A stretch of 64,000 bases of DNA from NCBI GenBank assembly GCA_963813715.1, contig CAWFAK010000017.1, forward strand, positions 864,001 through 928,000. Reading direction: 5' to 3'. Under the pieces are notes generated by a model that saw only the letters and a program-made list of their open reading frames with translations, ran no database searches and was not told where the DNA came from. A program made the position numbers and the translations under genes. Positions 24,657-34,868 of this stretch are shown in pieces; the first letter of the stretch is position 1, and every line of letters begins with the position of its first letter. The stretch comes from an uncultured Planctomycetaceae bacterium (GTDB lineage: Bacteria > Planctomycetota > Planctomycetia > Planctomycetales > Planctomycetaceae).

Positions 24657-25850
24657 TTATATTCCATCGGCAAGCTTGCCGTCTTGCAGGCGCAGCACGT
24701 TGTCGGTGTCGGTTAGGTAACGCTGGTCGTGTGTGACGACCACGACAGTTGTTTTCAGTTCCTCGTGCAAGCGCCGCAAATGGCCGAAAACTTCGGCCCC
24801 GGTGACGCTATCCAACTCGCCGGTCGGCTCGTCGGCCAGGACCAGCTTGGGCCGTTTGAGGATCGCGCGGGCAATCGCGATCCGCTGCTGCTCGCCACCG
24901 GAAAGTTGGTTTGGGCGATGGTCGAGCCGCTGCCCCAGCCCCACGTCTTTGAGGAGCTGAATGGCCCTTGAGCGGAGGTCGCCCCGGATGCCCCGCGGCA
25001 TGTACGGGACCAGCACATTGTCGACCGCCGTCAGGTTGGCCAACAGATTGAAGCTCTGAAAGACGAAGCCCACTTCCTCCCGCCGATATTGGTCCCGCTC
25101 AGTCGCGGTGAATTTTTGCAGTCGCCGGCCGCCCACCACGATCTCCCCGCGGCTCGGCTCATCCAGCGCACCGATCAAGTAGAGCAGCGAACTCTTGCCG
25201 CTGCCGGAAGGGCCCACGATGAACGTGAACGACCCGGCGGGAATTTCGGCCGTCACGCCGCGGAGGGCCTGCACCTCGGTCGTGCCCAGCCGATGACTCT
25301 TGGCCACGTCGTGCAGTTGGATCGCGGTCCCCGGAATGGCCGACTGACCGGAGCCCGGAGCCGACGCGGGACTCGAACCATTAGAGTTGACCGTCACACG
25401 CGTCGGTTTGCCGTTGCCGGACGCCGAGCGAAACTGGCCTTCGATGGCCGACTGCAGCTCATCGCGCGTGCGGCGGAAAGCGGCGAGCTGCTCGTCCGGC
25501 GTGCCGACCACGTGGCCCGGATCGTCGACTGGCCAGTCCAAGCGACGGACTTGGGGTGGAAACGTGGGGCATTCGCCGGCGGCCGACGTGCAAAGCGTGA
25601 TTAGCAAGTCGGGAACCGTCCCGTCAGGCGGCAGAAATTCCTGGATCGATTTGCTTCGCTGGGTGGAGACGTCGGTTCCGATTTCGCGCATCGCAGCGAT
25701 CGCCAGCGGATGGACGAAACCGGCGGGACGCGAACCGGCCGAGAGCGCTTCGATCCGGTCGCCGAACGATTGACGGAGCAGGCCCTCGGCCATCTGGCTG
25801 CGGCTGGAGTTTCCCGTGCACAGGAACAGAACGCGCAGCCGCTTTTCCAT
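24657..25850 (-). CDS. Thioredoxin-type arsenate reductase (LMW-PTP fold) in frame with a LolD/MacB-type ABC ATPase; true fusion or two genes joined by an indel
   Basis: LFLCTGNSSRSQMAEG, TLC...ECP and DDP motifs, then a linker, then GPSGSGKS, LSGGEQQR, LADEPTG, VTHD. Confidence 0.75.
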   Translation of the reverse strand: MEKRLRVLFLCTGNSSRSQMAEGLLRQSFGDRIEALSAGSRPAGFVHPLAIAAMREIGTDVSTQRSKSIQEFLPPDGTVPDLLITLCTSAAGECPTFPPQVRRLDWPVDDPGHVVGTPDEQLAAFRRTRDELQSAIEGQFRSASGNGKPTRVTVNSNGSSPASAPGSGQSAIPGTAIQLHDVAKSHRLGTTEVQALRGVTAEIPAGSFTFIVGPSGSGKSSLLYLIGALDEPSRGEIVVGGRRLQKFTATERDQYRREEVGFVFQSFNLLANLTAVDNVLVPYMPRGIRGDLRSRAIQLLKDVGLGQRLDHRPNQLSGGEQQRIAIARAILKRPKLVLADEPTGELDSVTGAEVFGHLRRLHEELKTTVVVVTHDQRYLTDTDNVLRLQDGKLADGI

Positions 25851-26037
25851 CGAAACGATTGACCCGCTGTAACCGCCGCCAACCCGAGCCGTCAGTCGGA
25901 GCCATTCACTTCCCAGCCTGGCTTCGCCTGTCCGATTTTCGCTTGCCAAGGTTCACTCTATTGATTGCGAAATGACCCGTCCATCGTTGGCAGGTCGGCC
26001 CGGTTCTGAGTATGCTGCAACGCAACCCGCCACCGCT

Positions 26038-26052
26038 CGGCACGGCCCTTGC
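26038..26052 (+). promoter_or_regulatory. Sigma-54 promoter of glnA
   Basis: CGGCACGGCCCTTGC, correct GG-N10-GC spacing, ~170 nt upstream of glnA. Confidence 0.65.
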
Positions 26053-26219
26053 GAAACTCTCTCGCCAACGGATCTTCGAGCGTCCCGGGCTGGGCATTTC
26101 AGGGCACTGCGCTCGCGCCGCCAAGCCCCGAGGCGCCGAAGGTGCACGAACTTCTGTGCAGCCGTGCCGAATCCGCATGCGCGCTGAGCACGAACGAGAC
26201 CCACGAAAGGACCGGACGA

Positions 26220-27632
26220 ATGACCCCGAAGGAATTCTTTGAGTTCATGAAGAAGAACGACTCCGAGCAAGTCGATCTCAAGTTTTGCGACATGCTCGGA
26301 ACGTGGCAGCACTGTACCTATCCGGTCGACACGATCGACGAAAGCGTCTTTGAGGACGGCTTCGGGTTCGACGGCTCCTCCATTCGCGGCTGGCAGGCCA
26401 TCAACGCGTCCGACATGCTGGCCGTCCCCGATCCGAAGACGGCCGTGCTCGACCCGTTCTTCGCCGAGCCGACCGTCAGTGTGATCGCCGACATCGTCGA
26501 CCCGATCACCAAGGAAAAATACTCCCGCGACCCGCGGAATATCGCCAAGAAGGGGGTCGCCTACCTCAAGCAGACCGGCATTGCCGACACCTGCTACATC
26601 GGTCCGGAGCCCGAGTTCTTCATCTTCGACGACGTGCGGTACCAGTCGAAGCAGAACGGGGCCATGTACGAGATCGACTCGGTCGAGGCGGCCTGGAACT
26701 CGGGCCGCGCCGAAGCGCCGAACCTTGGCCACAAGCCCGCCTACAAGGCCGGCTACTTCCCGGTCTCGCCGGTGGACACGCTCTCGGACCTGCGGACCGA
26801 AATGGTCAACGAGATGCGGAAGATCGGCATCGCCGTCGAGGCTCATCATCACGAGGTGGCGACCGCCGGCCAGTGCGAAATCGATATGAAGTTCCAGGAT
26901 CTGATCAAGATGGGCGATCAGATGATGTGGTACAAGCACATCATCAAGAACGTCGCCCGCCGCAACGGCAAGACCGTGACCTTCATGCCCAAGCCAATCT
27001 TCGAAGACAACGGCTCGGGCATGCACACCCACATCTCGCTATGGAAGGGAAAAAACCCGCTGATGGCCGGCGACGGTTACGCGGGACTGAGCGAGATCGG
27101 ACTGCATGGCATCGGCGGCATCTTGAAGCACGGCCGGGCCCTGTTGGCCTTCGCCGCGCCGACCGCCAACTCGTACCACCGGCTGGTGCCCGGCTTCGAG
27201 GCTCCGGTGACGCTGGCCCTGTCGCAGCGAAACCGCTCGGCGGCCGTCCGCATCCCGATGTACTCGGCCAGCCCGAAAGCCAAGCGAGCCGAGTTCCGCT
27301 GCCCCGATCCCTCGTGCAACCCGTACCTGACCTTCACGGCCCTGATGATGGCCATGATCGACGGAGTGCAGAACAAGATCGACCCGGGTCAGCCGCTCGA
27401 TCGCGACATTTATGACATGTCGCCCGAGGAGCTGGCCGAGACCAACACCACGCCCGGCTCGCTGCCGGAAGCGCTCGAGGCCCTCGAAGCCGATCACGCC
27501 TTCCTCTTGAAGGGCGACGTCTTCACCAAGGACCTGATCGAGACGTGGATCGAATGGAAGCGGACCAAGGAGGTCGACCCGATCCGCCTGCGGCCTCATC
27601 CGCACGAGTTCGAACTCTACTACAACGTCTAA
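26220..27632 (+). CDS. glnA: Glutamine synthetase type I
   Basis: [45 protein letters not shown] motifs; adenylylation-site-like DRDIYD. Confidence 0.97.
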   Translation: MTPKEFFEFMKKNDSEQVDLKFCDMLGTWQHCTYPVDTIDESVFEDGFGFDGSSIRGWQAINASDMLAVPDPKTAVLDPFFAEPTVSVIADIVDPITKEKYSRDPRNIAKKGVAYLKQTGIADTCYIGPEPEFFIFDDVRYQSKQNGAMYEIDSVEAAWNSGRAEAPNLGHKPAYKAGYFPVSPVDTLSDLRTEMVNEMRKIGIAVEAHHHEVATAGQCEIDMKFQDLIKMGDQMMWYKHIIKNVARRNGKTVTFMPKPIFEDNGSGMHTHISLWKGKNPLMAGDGYAGLSEIGLHGIGGILKHGRALLAFAAPTANSYHRLVPGFEAPVTLALSQRNRSAAVRIPMYSASPKAKRAEFRCPDPSCNPYLTFTALMMAMIDGVQNKIDPGQPLDRDIYDMSPEELAETNTTPGSLPEALEALEADHAFLLKGDVFTKDLIETWIEWKRTKEVDPIRLRPHPHEFELYYNV

Positions 27633-27644
27633 ACGGTCGAACCA

Positions 27645-27714
27645 AACAAAAACCCCTTACTCCACCCTCGCCCCATTCCGATGGGGAGAGTGTAGGGTGA
27701 GGGGATTTTTTGTT
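27645..27714 (+). terminator. Long hairpin terminator after glnA (REP-like core)
   Basis: AACAAAAACCCCTTAC...GTGAGGGGATTTTTTGTT with inner CCCCAT/ATGGGG stem. Confidence 0.6.
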
Positions 27715-27776
27715 GCTTGAATCGCGGGCTGGCGCGCTACTCGCCGATGAACCGGCACAACAGGCAGACGGCGATT

Positions 27777-27874
27777 TTCACCACAAAGGCACGAAGGCAC
27801 TAAGGAATTCAGCGGACCTGGCTGACGTTTTAATTCCCGTCGTTTACTTCGTGTCTTGGTAACTTTGTGGCGAA
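27777..27874. repeat. Inverted-repeat element, copy 2 (same family as 13543-13625)
   Basis: TTCACCACAAAGGCACGAAGGCACTAAG ... CTTCGTGTCTTGGTAACTTTGTGGCGAA. Confidence 0.75.
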
Positions 27875-27922
27875 TAAATCCTGCTAACGGCTTGTCGGCC
27901 TCGCTGGCGACGAAGACTGCGT

Positions 27923-27992
27923 AAAAAAAGAAGGGGAGCAAGCACCCTGGCCGTCACAGCGGGCAACGGTCGGGGGAGCCAGTCCCCTCTTT
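27923..27992 (-). terminator. Hairpin with U-tract on the minus strand; probable terminator for the blaR-like gene
   Basis: Plus strand A7-GAAGGGGAGCAAGCACC...GGAGCCAGTCCCCTCT. Confidence 0.5.
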
Positions 27993-28140
27993 GTTCTCAG
28001 AGATTATTGCGAGAGTTTTGCGGCCGTTCTGTGCCCCGCCTCACAGTTCGCAAAAACCGTCCTCTATCTTCCTTCGAGCCCGATGGATCGTCATCGATCG
28101 ATTCACTCTCGATTGACTCATCGCCCTCTCCGAACGCTGA

Positions 28141-31100
28141 CTACTTCTTCACCGGCGGCTTCGCCGGGGCGGGAACTGCTGCCGGCGCGGCTACGGCGGC
28201 CGGTGTCGGGACTGCCCCGGTGCCGGTGCGACGGGACCCACAGGGCTGGCCGGGGCGACCGGACCAACAGGGGCGACCGGCGCGGCCGGGGCCGTCAGAC
28301 CCGTCAAGATCTGGGTCGGGATTGACACCACGACGGGCATCGCTGCGGGGGCCGCCGGGACGGCGGGTGTCACCGAAGTTGCGGACTTGCCCAGCGCAGG
28401 ACTCGACGTCCGACTGGATCAGTTCCAGAATCCGCAGCTTCGAGTCGATCTCGTCCTGATCGTGCTGGCTGTTCGCGCGTTTTGCCTGCGCCGCCGCTTG
28501 GGCGTGAAGCGACTGAGCAATGCGGCTCAACAGCCGCACTTTTCGCTCGGCACTCCGCACCCGTGACTCCGCGACGTGGCGATGGCTGGAGTCGCCGTGA
28601 ACATCGTCGACGGCGGCCCGCGCCTGCTCGAGCGCCCCGATCGCGTTGCTCACCAGTTCGGCCAGACGCATCGGATCAGCCGACGAATCGAGCGTGGCGA
28701 CTGCCTTCGTGGTCCCGTTCTCGGCCGTCGTGACTTCGGTCCGTTCGCCAACGGGGATGCCCGGCGCCGACCGCTGGATTCTGCGCGAGCTTTCGCGACC
28801 GTGGCCCGCGGCTCGACCCGCCTGCGGATCACTGGCTTGACCGGCTCGTCTCGCACCATGACAGCACGCCCTTCGGTCCGCGCCCGCGTGCTCGGGCTGG
28901 TGCTGGTGCTCGGCCCGCCTTCCTTCTCTTCGGACTCCTTGTTCAGCTCTTCCGACTCCTTATTCAGTTTCTCGATGAGTTTTTCCGCTGCCTTGCGTCT
29001 GGCTTCCAGCTGCTGCCGCACGGCCTCCATCTTAGCGCGACGGGCTTGCGCGTGGGCGTGGTGGACTTGCTCCTCGATCTGCTCTTTGATGTCCTCTTTC
29101 ATCTTCATCTTTTCGGCCGCGTCCTTGTCGGCCTTGGCGTGCTTCTTGGTCTCCTTGTCCTTGTTCTTCTCGCCGTGGTGTTTGGCGTCCATCGAGTCGT
29201 CATCGATTAAGATTCGGATCTGGCCGAGGTTTTTGAGCTGCTCGAGCGCTTTCAGCTGACCCAACTCTTTGAGGTCGCCGAGGTCCTTGAGTTGTTCGAG
29301 CGCCTTGAGCTGCTCGGCTGGCGGCAGCCCCTCGATCTTTTGCAGCGACGGCAGCATCTCGAACGTCTTCTTCATTTCTTCGACCTCGGCGGGCGATTTG
29401 CCGAAGCCCTTGAATTTCTTCATCTTGGGCAGGTGATCGGGGCCGATTTCGAGGATCATTTCCCCCTCGTTGGTCTTCAGCTCGATCGTGGCCTCTTCTC
29501 CGTCCTTGCCGTCTTTCTTTTTCGTGTTGATGGAGAAATTGGCCTTCCCGTCGTTCCCCTTCCCGTCCGGCGTGGCAATCACGAATTGCTTGCCGTCGAC
29601 CTCGAAGCGGAACACGCCCGCATCGCCGCCAGCATGCCCGTCGGGCGAATGGCCCTTGCCGTCTTTGATGATCACCCGCTTTTCGACATGCACTTTTTCG
29701 CCCGACTCGTGGCTGTCTGCCGACGGCGACTTGTGCTCGCCTCCGGCCTTGGCTTCTTCGAGGGCCTGTTGCAGCTTCGCCATTTGTTTTTGCAGCTCGG
29801 CCGACTTGCGGGCGAGTCTCTCGTACTGTTTCTTCATCCGCTCGAGTGCTTTGTCGCCGTGTTTCTGCGCCTCGCCCGCGTCGTCGTCATCATCGTCCGT
29901 GGCGAGGACCTTGATGCGGTCGTCGTCCTCCCTCACGATCACGACTTTGTCGTTCTTGTTTTTGTCACTGTCGTCGCTCGTCACGTTGGTGGCGTCGACG
30001 TGCACGGTCACCGTCTTGTCGGGATTCGGCGGGTCGTCCTGAGCGGTGCGGCCCAGGCTGGCGGCCATGGCGATAATCAGCCCGCCCAAAACTCCGCTCG
30101 AGACGATGCGCCAGGCGGGAGAGCTGTGCATTGCAAGCGGTTGTTCGCGTCGGATCAGCATCTCGATTCTCCTCGAAAAGGGTGTTGTCGAACCCAGAAC
30201 TCCAGTGGCGCCGGCGGGCAGAATCGTCGCGCGGCGGGTCGCCCGCACGAAGGCGATCAGCTCCCGCGCGTACTCGTCACGCGACGAGCGGGCCGCCGCC
30301 CATTCATCGGCCACCAGCTCGGCACTCAGCCGCGCTCGCGAGCGGAGCCACCAGAAGGCCGGATGGAAAAACAAGAACAGAAACGAAACGTTAAAGAGCC
30401 ACGTGCCCCACGCGTCGCGACGGCCGATGTGCACCAGCTCGTGACGCAGCACGTGCCGCAAAACCTCGGCGTTTTCGGGCACGCACTGGGCGGCCGGCAG
30501 CACGATCGTCGGCCGGAAGATACCGAACGACATGGCCCGCGGATAACGAGGGGCCACGAGCAGCCACACGCGGTACGTGCCCCGCTCGTCGCAGAGGTCG
30601 GCAAACAGCTCGTCGAGCCACTCTTCCGGCGGGCGAGACGTCCGCACGATCAGCGCCAAGAGCACCCGCCCCAGGCCGATCCACGCCGCACAGACCACGA
30701 CGCCCAGCCCGTACGCGCCCAGCAACAACAGCTTCCACCGCGCCGCCAGGAACGAGCCAACGCGCCCGAAGAACGACGTCGCCGAACTCGTGGCGGCAGT
30801 TTGCTCGCTCGACGATTCGATCGCGGTCGAGTTTTCAACGGACGTCGGCGTCGCGAGCGCGCCCGATGGGTCGAGCGTCACCAGTTGCTCGACCGTGACC
30901 GTCTCGAGCCGCTTCGTCGACGTTTGATCCGGCACGATCTCGCTCTCATCGGGATCGCTGTCGACGACCAAATCGTCGGGCGACACGCGAATCGGCGCCG
31001 CGGCTTCCGGACACCGCGGCCGCGGGCAGTCCGGCTTGAGCTGTTCCTTGAGATTTTTTGTGTCGACCGCGAAGCCCTCGCTCCCCGCCAGCGGCAATAG

Positions 31101-31523
31101 CCTCGGTACCAGACGAACGACCGTCGGGTCGACCGAGACGCCGCCGGTCGCGTGCGCTGAATCCGCCGAAATCGCCTGGGTTCCCCCACCGCTGTTCGCC
31201 TCGGGCGGTCCGGCCACGGACGTCGCTGCCGGCGCTTGTGGTGGTGAAACCTGTAATGCCGACGCCTGTCGTGCGGTCGCGCTGGAAAGTTCGGCGAAGA
31301 AACCGCGAGCGAGTGGCCGCGGCAACGGCGTGACGGCCAAGAGCGCCCAGATCAGCGTGGCGGCAATCGCGAATTCGGCCAGTCGCTGTCGATGCACGGG
31401 CGAGCGATGGGCGGCCACTGCCAGGCAGGCGAATGAGAGCAGCACCGTGATCCCCGCGAGCAGCACCGCGGCATTGCTGGCAATGGTTTCGATCCGGTTG
31501 TTCGCGTCGAGAAAGTCGATCAT
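28141..31523 (-). CDS. BlaR1-like M56 metallopeptidase with long coiled-coil/low-complexity C-terminus; frameshift(s) in the 3' ~600 nt
   Basis: FGIFRPTIVLP, HELVH zinc motif, FFHPAFWW, ELVADE, RRIEML; C-terminus continues in ORF 28141..28671. Confidence 0.85.
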
Positions 31524-31933
31524 GAACGGCGCCTTTCGGAACGAGGTTGCTTGCCGCGAGCCGCCCGCACTTCTGCCACCAGCTCTTCCAGCCGCGCCAG
31601 CTCCGCCTCGGACGGCGTGTGGTGCGAAAACGCTGTCTCGACGAGCTGGTCGATGGCCCCGTCGAAAACGTGCTGCACAAACTCGGTCGTCAGCTGCCCC
31701 GTGGTCTGGGCCCGCGGCGCGACCGGCTTGTAAATGAACGTCCGCCCCTCGACGCGGTGCCGCACGAGCCCCTTCTCCTCCATCGTCCGCAGAAACGCCT
31801 GGACGGTGTTCTGCACGATGGGCGCGGTCTCGCGCATCCGCTCGTAAACGTCGCGAACGGAAGCCTCGCCCCGCTCCCAGAGGATTTTGAGGATTTCGAG
31901 TTCCCGCTCAGTCGGGTTCGACGCCGCGTTCAT
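31520..31933 (-). CDS. BlaI/MecI/CopY family repressor
   Basis: PTERELEILKILW, NTVQAFLRTMEEKG, GRTFIY, FDG motifs; GGAGG RBS; ATGA overlap with the M56 gene. Confidence 0.92.
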   Translation of the reverse strand: MNAASNPTERELEILKILWERGEASVRDVYERMRETAPIVQNTVQAFLRTMEEKGLVRHRVEGRTFIYKPVAPRAQTTGQLTTEFVQHVFDGAIDQLVETAFSHHTPSEAELARLEELVAEVRAARGKQPRSERRRS

Positions 31934-31966
31934 CCAGACACCTCCTCGTGTCGCTTAGTACCATAC

Positions 31967-32008
31967 GCTTAGTTGACTAAGCTTACAGGGCAGCCGACAC
32001 CATGTCAA
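31967..32008 (-). promoter_or_regulatory. Sigma-70 promoter with overlapping palindromic operator for blaI-blaR
   Basis: Minus strand TTGACA(32008-32003)-17 nt-TAAGCT(31985-31980); palindrome GCTTAGT-TG-ACTAAGC at 31967-31982. Confidence 0.7.
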
Positions 32009-32162
32009 CAGGCCACCGCAGAAAAATGCGCAGCTGCCAAAGAAGTGCCAAGCGAGCCGAGCAGAGATACGAGAAACTCACGGTCCGCCATTCGTCCCAC
32101 CGCGGCGAGTCTTGGTGGAATTCCCGTCCAACGAATCGCAACTCAAGAGAAGAAGGAGTCGC

Positions 32163-32250
32163 CCCCGGCTGACGCCGGAGACTCGGAGTCACGCAGAGCA
32201 CGCCAAAGTCACGCAGCCCGGCGAGCGTCGGGCGTCAGCCCGATGGTGCT
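32163..32250. repeat. Two back-to-back REP-like hairpins (copies 2 and 3 of the 9962 family)
   Basis: Plus copy CAGCCCGGCGAGC-GTCGGGC-GTCA-GCCCGAT-GGTGCT at 32214-32250; minus copy CGAGT-CTCCGGC-GTCA-GCCGGGG at 32185-32163. Confidence 0.6.
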
Positions 32251-32368
32251 TTCCCGCGATCCGAGCGAATTTCCGGAGGAGCCGCACAGGCAGTAAGTGG
32301 TGCCTTTCGCTTTCAGACGCCTGTAGCCTTCATCCGAATGCATCGCCGGCGTCACGGAATCTCCGCAA

Positions 32369-32683
32369 TCACTCCTCCGAAGGAGGCGGCCCTGCAGGCT
32401 TCGGCTTCTCAGCCGGCCGAATCAGTCCCTTTTGCAGATCGTTGATGACCTCGACCAGAATGTCGGGCCGGGCCGTCTTGAGGACGTGCTCGATGCGTGA
32501 CTTCGGCACGTTGAGCCGCTCCATGATTTCGCCGGCTTGCTTCCACAGCCGATCTTTCTTCTTCCCCTCGGCCAGATACAGATCGCTGGCAATTTCACTC
32601 AACCGCTGCGAGTCGATCCCCTCGCGATTGTCGTAAAACCGCTTGATGATTTTCTTCTGGTGGTTGCTGTAATCCCGTGGCAT
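32369..32683 (-). CDS. Small hypothetical protein
   Basis: MPRDYSNHQKKIIKRFYDNRE...LSEIASDLYLAEGKKKDRLW; protein-like composition, no family recognised. Confidence 0.75.
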   Translation of the reverse strand: MPRDYSNHQKKIIKRFYDNREGIDSQRLSEIASDLYLAEGKKKDRLWKQAGEIMERLNVPKSRIEHVLKTARPDILVEVINDLQKGLIRPAEKPKPAGPPPSEE

Positions 32684-32737
32684 TACATAGTGCCTCGTGG
32701 TCCGCGGACCGGCAGTGCGCAATAGAATCCCGGTGAA

Positions 32738-33450
32738 TCAAGCTTGACCGAACGTTCCTTCATCCATCCGCGCCCGGAGATCCAAATCCTGCATGATCAT
32801 CTCCCCGAAGGTGAAGGCCCGCTTAAGCGCGTCGATCAGGTTGTCCCCGTCGTCAGTCGACCAACCCAGTTCGTGATTAAAGGTCGGAAGATTGAAGGTG
32901 ATCGCAAACCGATTCACGTAGTCAGCGACACAATGCAGGGCATCGTCGATCATTGGGACGGCGACACAAAATCGCAGGGTTCAAGGCCGTCATTGGCTTG
33001 AACGACGCCCGCAGCACGTTTAGGTCAAGGTGCGATATACGCTTGTTTCGGTGTCGACGCATCTCTTCACACTTGTCGATCGCCCTAAGATACCGATATT
33101 CCAGATCTCGTACCGTCTCCGAACAGCAGCAGCCATGCTGCAACACAATCTTTCGAATCTGCCCGATCACGACGTTTTCTTCGAGCACGCCTTTAACCTT
33201 CTGTTCCGTCTTCTCAGTTACTCGGCAAAGCTGCAAGAAGACGGAGTCAGACAGCATTTCACGGAGTTCCAAAAAGAACAATGGAGCAAAGCTGTGTCAT
33301 GAGCCCGTAACGGGCTTCATGCCTTTCGCGGTGCTCGCCATCGAAGACAAAGATCTGCTTAAAGCAAGACCAACGATAGTGCGCCTGCGAGATCTCTTCC
33401 TGAAGGCGATCAAAGACCTCTTGCTGTTCCGCTGACAGCGATGGGATCAT
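32738..33450 (-). CDS. HEPN-domain (AbiU2-like) protein; two frameshifts (~33280, ~32960)
   Basis: Three consecutive ORFs join to MIPSLSAEQQEVFDRL...FFLELREMLSDSVFLQLCRVTE...RRHRNKRISHLD...IDDAL; RNxxxxH HEPN motif; visibly lower GC than flanks. Confidence 0.6.
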
Positions 33451-33480
33451 CACTTTCGATGCCCCTCTTTGGTGCGCAAC

Positions 33481-33503
33481 AAAAAAGGCCGGCGAACCGG
33501 CCT
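33481..33503 (-). terminator. Intrinsic terminator downstream of tRNA-Glu
   Basis: Minus strand AGGCCGG-TTCG-CCGGCCT followed by a T-tract. Confidence 0.75.
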
Positions 33504-33551
33504 GAGTGCTCATCGACGGCGCTCGCAGGAAGAGCACCACTAGCCAAAAAG

Positions 33552-33624
33552 TACCCCCAGAGGGATTTGAACCCTCGTCACGGGACTGAGAACCCCGGAT
33601 CCTGGGCCGCTAGACGATGGGGGC
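33552..33624 (-). tRNA. tRNA-Glu (CTC), CCA not encoded
   Basis: Minus strand GCCCCCATCGTCTAGCGGCCCAGGATCCGGGGTTCTCAGTCCCGTGACGAGGGTTCAAATCCCTCTGGGGGTA folds as a cloverleaf; anticodon loop TT-CTC-AG; GTTCAAATC T-loop. Confidence 0.96.
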
Positions 33625-33632
33625 CTGCATGG

Positions 33633-33661
33633 TTCTTACAGCGCGGCCGAAAGAGTGTCAA
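33633..33661 (-). promoter_or_regulatory. Sigma-70 promoter of tRNA-Glu
   Basis: TTGACA-17 nt-TAAGAA ending 8 nt before the mature tRNA. Confidence 0.5.
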
Positions 33662-33867
33662 CGGATCGCGCGGCCCGTCGCCAGGGGCGGGCGAATTTTG
33701 CGCCAAAAGGGGTGATTCGGGCGGCAGGAGCGGTGTTGGAATGACTCGCGGCTATCACTTTTCCCAAAGCCGACAGCTCCGCTGTCGTCCCGGAACCGAG
33801 TGCTGAGCCGTAGACGACTTCGCCCCTCTCGGACTTGGAGGGATCCTCTGCGCAACGTTCGAGCCTA

Positions 33868-34365
33868 TCAGGCTGGCTCGTTTGCTTTATCGTGATCCGC
33901 CGAGCGCCTGTCGGACGACCGCCATGCCGCGAGCGTGAGCCCCAAGAGAGCCACGCAGAGCAGCCATTGGATCGTGCTCGTGGTGATGTAGGCTTCGTGT
34001 AGCTGAAGAAAGCTTTGCTCGTCGAGGATGGTGTGGCCGGCTGAGTCGAGGCCGCGGTCCATGACGAGATGCAGGCCGATCAGGACGCCGAGGCCGATTG
34101 CGATCCCGGCCCAGAACCCCCAGCAGAGCCGCCCCAGGCGCGACGACAGTCGGGTGTCACATGCCAGGGCGACGCCCCACACCGTCACGCAAACGGCGCC
34201 GGCCACATTCAGATAATTCGTGACCGACTGCGTGATAAAGCCCTGCTCCGTTTCAGACCCCAAAACGGAGGCTCCCACCGTCACGACGACTCCGCCGTAA
34301 AACATGAAGCCGCCCTGCCAGAAGGCCAGGCACAGCAACAGTACAAATCGGCGAAACAGCGTCAT
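33868..34365 (-). CDS. Four-TM hypothetical membrane protein (DUF4149-like)
   Basis: FWQGGFMFYGGVVV...QGFITQ...FLQLHEAY; four hydrophobic segments. Confidence 0.7.
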   Translation of the reverse strand: MTLFRRFVLLLCLAFWQGGFMFYGGVVVTVGASVLGSETEQGFITQSVTNYLNVAGAVCVTVWGVALACDTRLSSRLGRLCWGFWAGIAIGLGVLIGLHLVMDRGLDSAGHTILDEQSFLQLHEAYITTSTIQWLLCVALLGLTLAAWRSSDRRSADHDKANEPA

Positions 34366-34565
34366 CCGCGCACGTCCCTGAAAGTCGGCCGTCCTTTCTT
34401 AGCCCTCCTGGAGGCGGGAGACAATGGCCCGCGGCCGCACGAATGGTTTCGACTTTGTTTATGAGCGCGTAGAAACCCGGTCTCCGCGGTCGAGATTTCT
34501 TGCGGTAGGATCGAGTTTGGCCCCTGGGCAAAAGCCGGTCGGCGTGCGCGCTTGGTCCGCCGGGC

Positions 34566-34750
34566 GGGACGGGACTGGTTGGGACGGGATGGTTGGGACG
34601 GGATGGTTGGGACGGGACGGTTGGGACGGGACTGGTTGGACGGGACTGGTTGGGACGGGATCGGTTGGGACGGGATCGGTTGGGACGGGATCGGTTGGGA
34701 CGGGATCGGTTGGGACGGGATCGGTTGGACGGGACTCGAACGGGACGGGC
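34566..34750. repeat. Tandem array of ~12 copies of a 14-15-nt unit GGGACGGGA(TC/CT/T/C)GGTT
   Basis: Directly visible; five perfect GGGACGGGATCGGTT units in a row. Confidence 0.95.
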
Positions 34751-34791
34751 GCGAGGATGGCCATGTCACGCCCAGATCAGGATTCCGGCGG

Positions 34792-34858
34792 GGATCCTTG
34801 GATCCCAGGCCTGCGCTATGCTCCGACCTGGGCTATAGGATCTGGCCTTTTTAGGACT
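34792..34858. repeat. REP-like hairpin between the two tandem arrays
   Basis: GATCC...CCCAGG...CCTGGG...GGATC nested stems, then GGCCTTTTTAGGAC, resembling GCCCCTTTAGGGGC at 35215-35229. Confidence 0.45.
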
Positions 34859-34868
34859 TAGGTCGCCA

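Noticed and set aside
32690..33560. Integrative element or prophage at tRNA-Glu
   Set aside because: No integrase and no duplicated tRNA 3' end (att site) found in the window.
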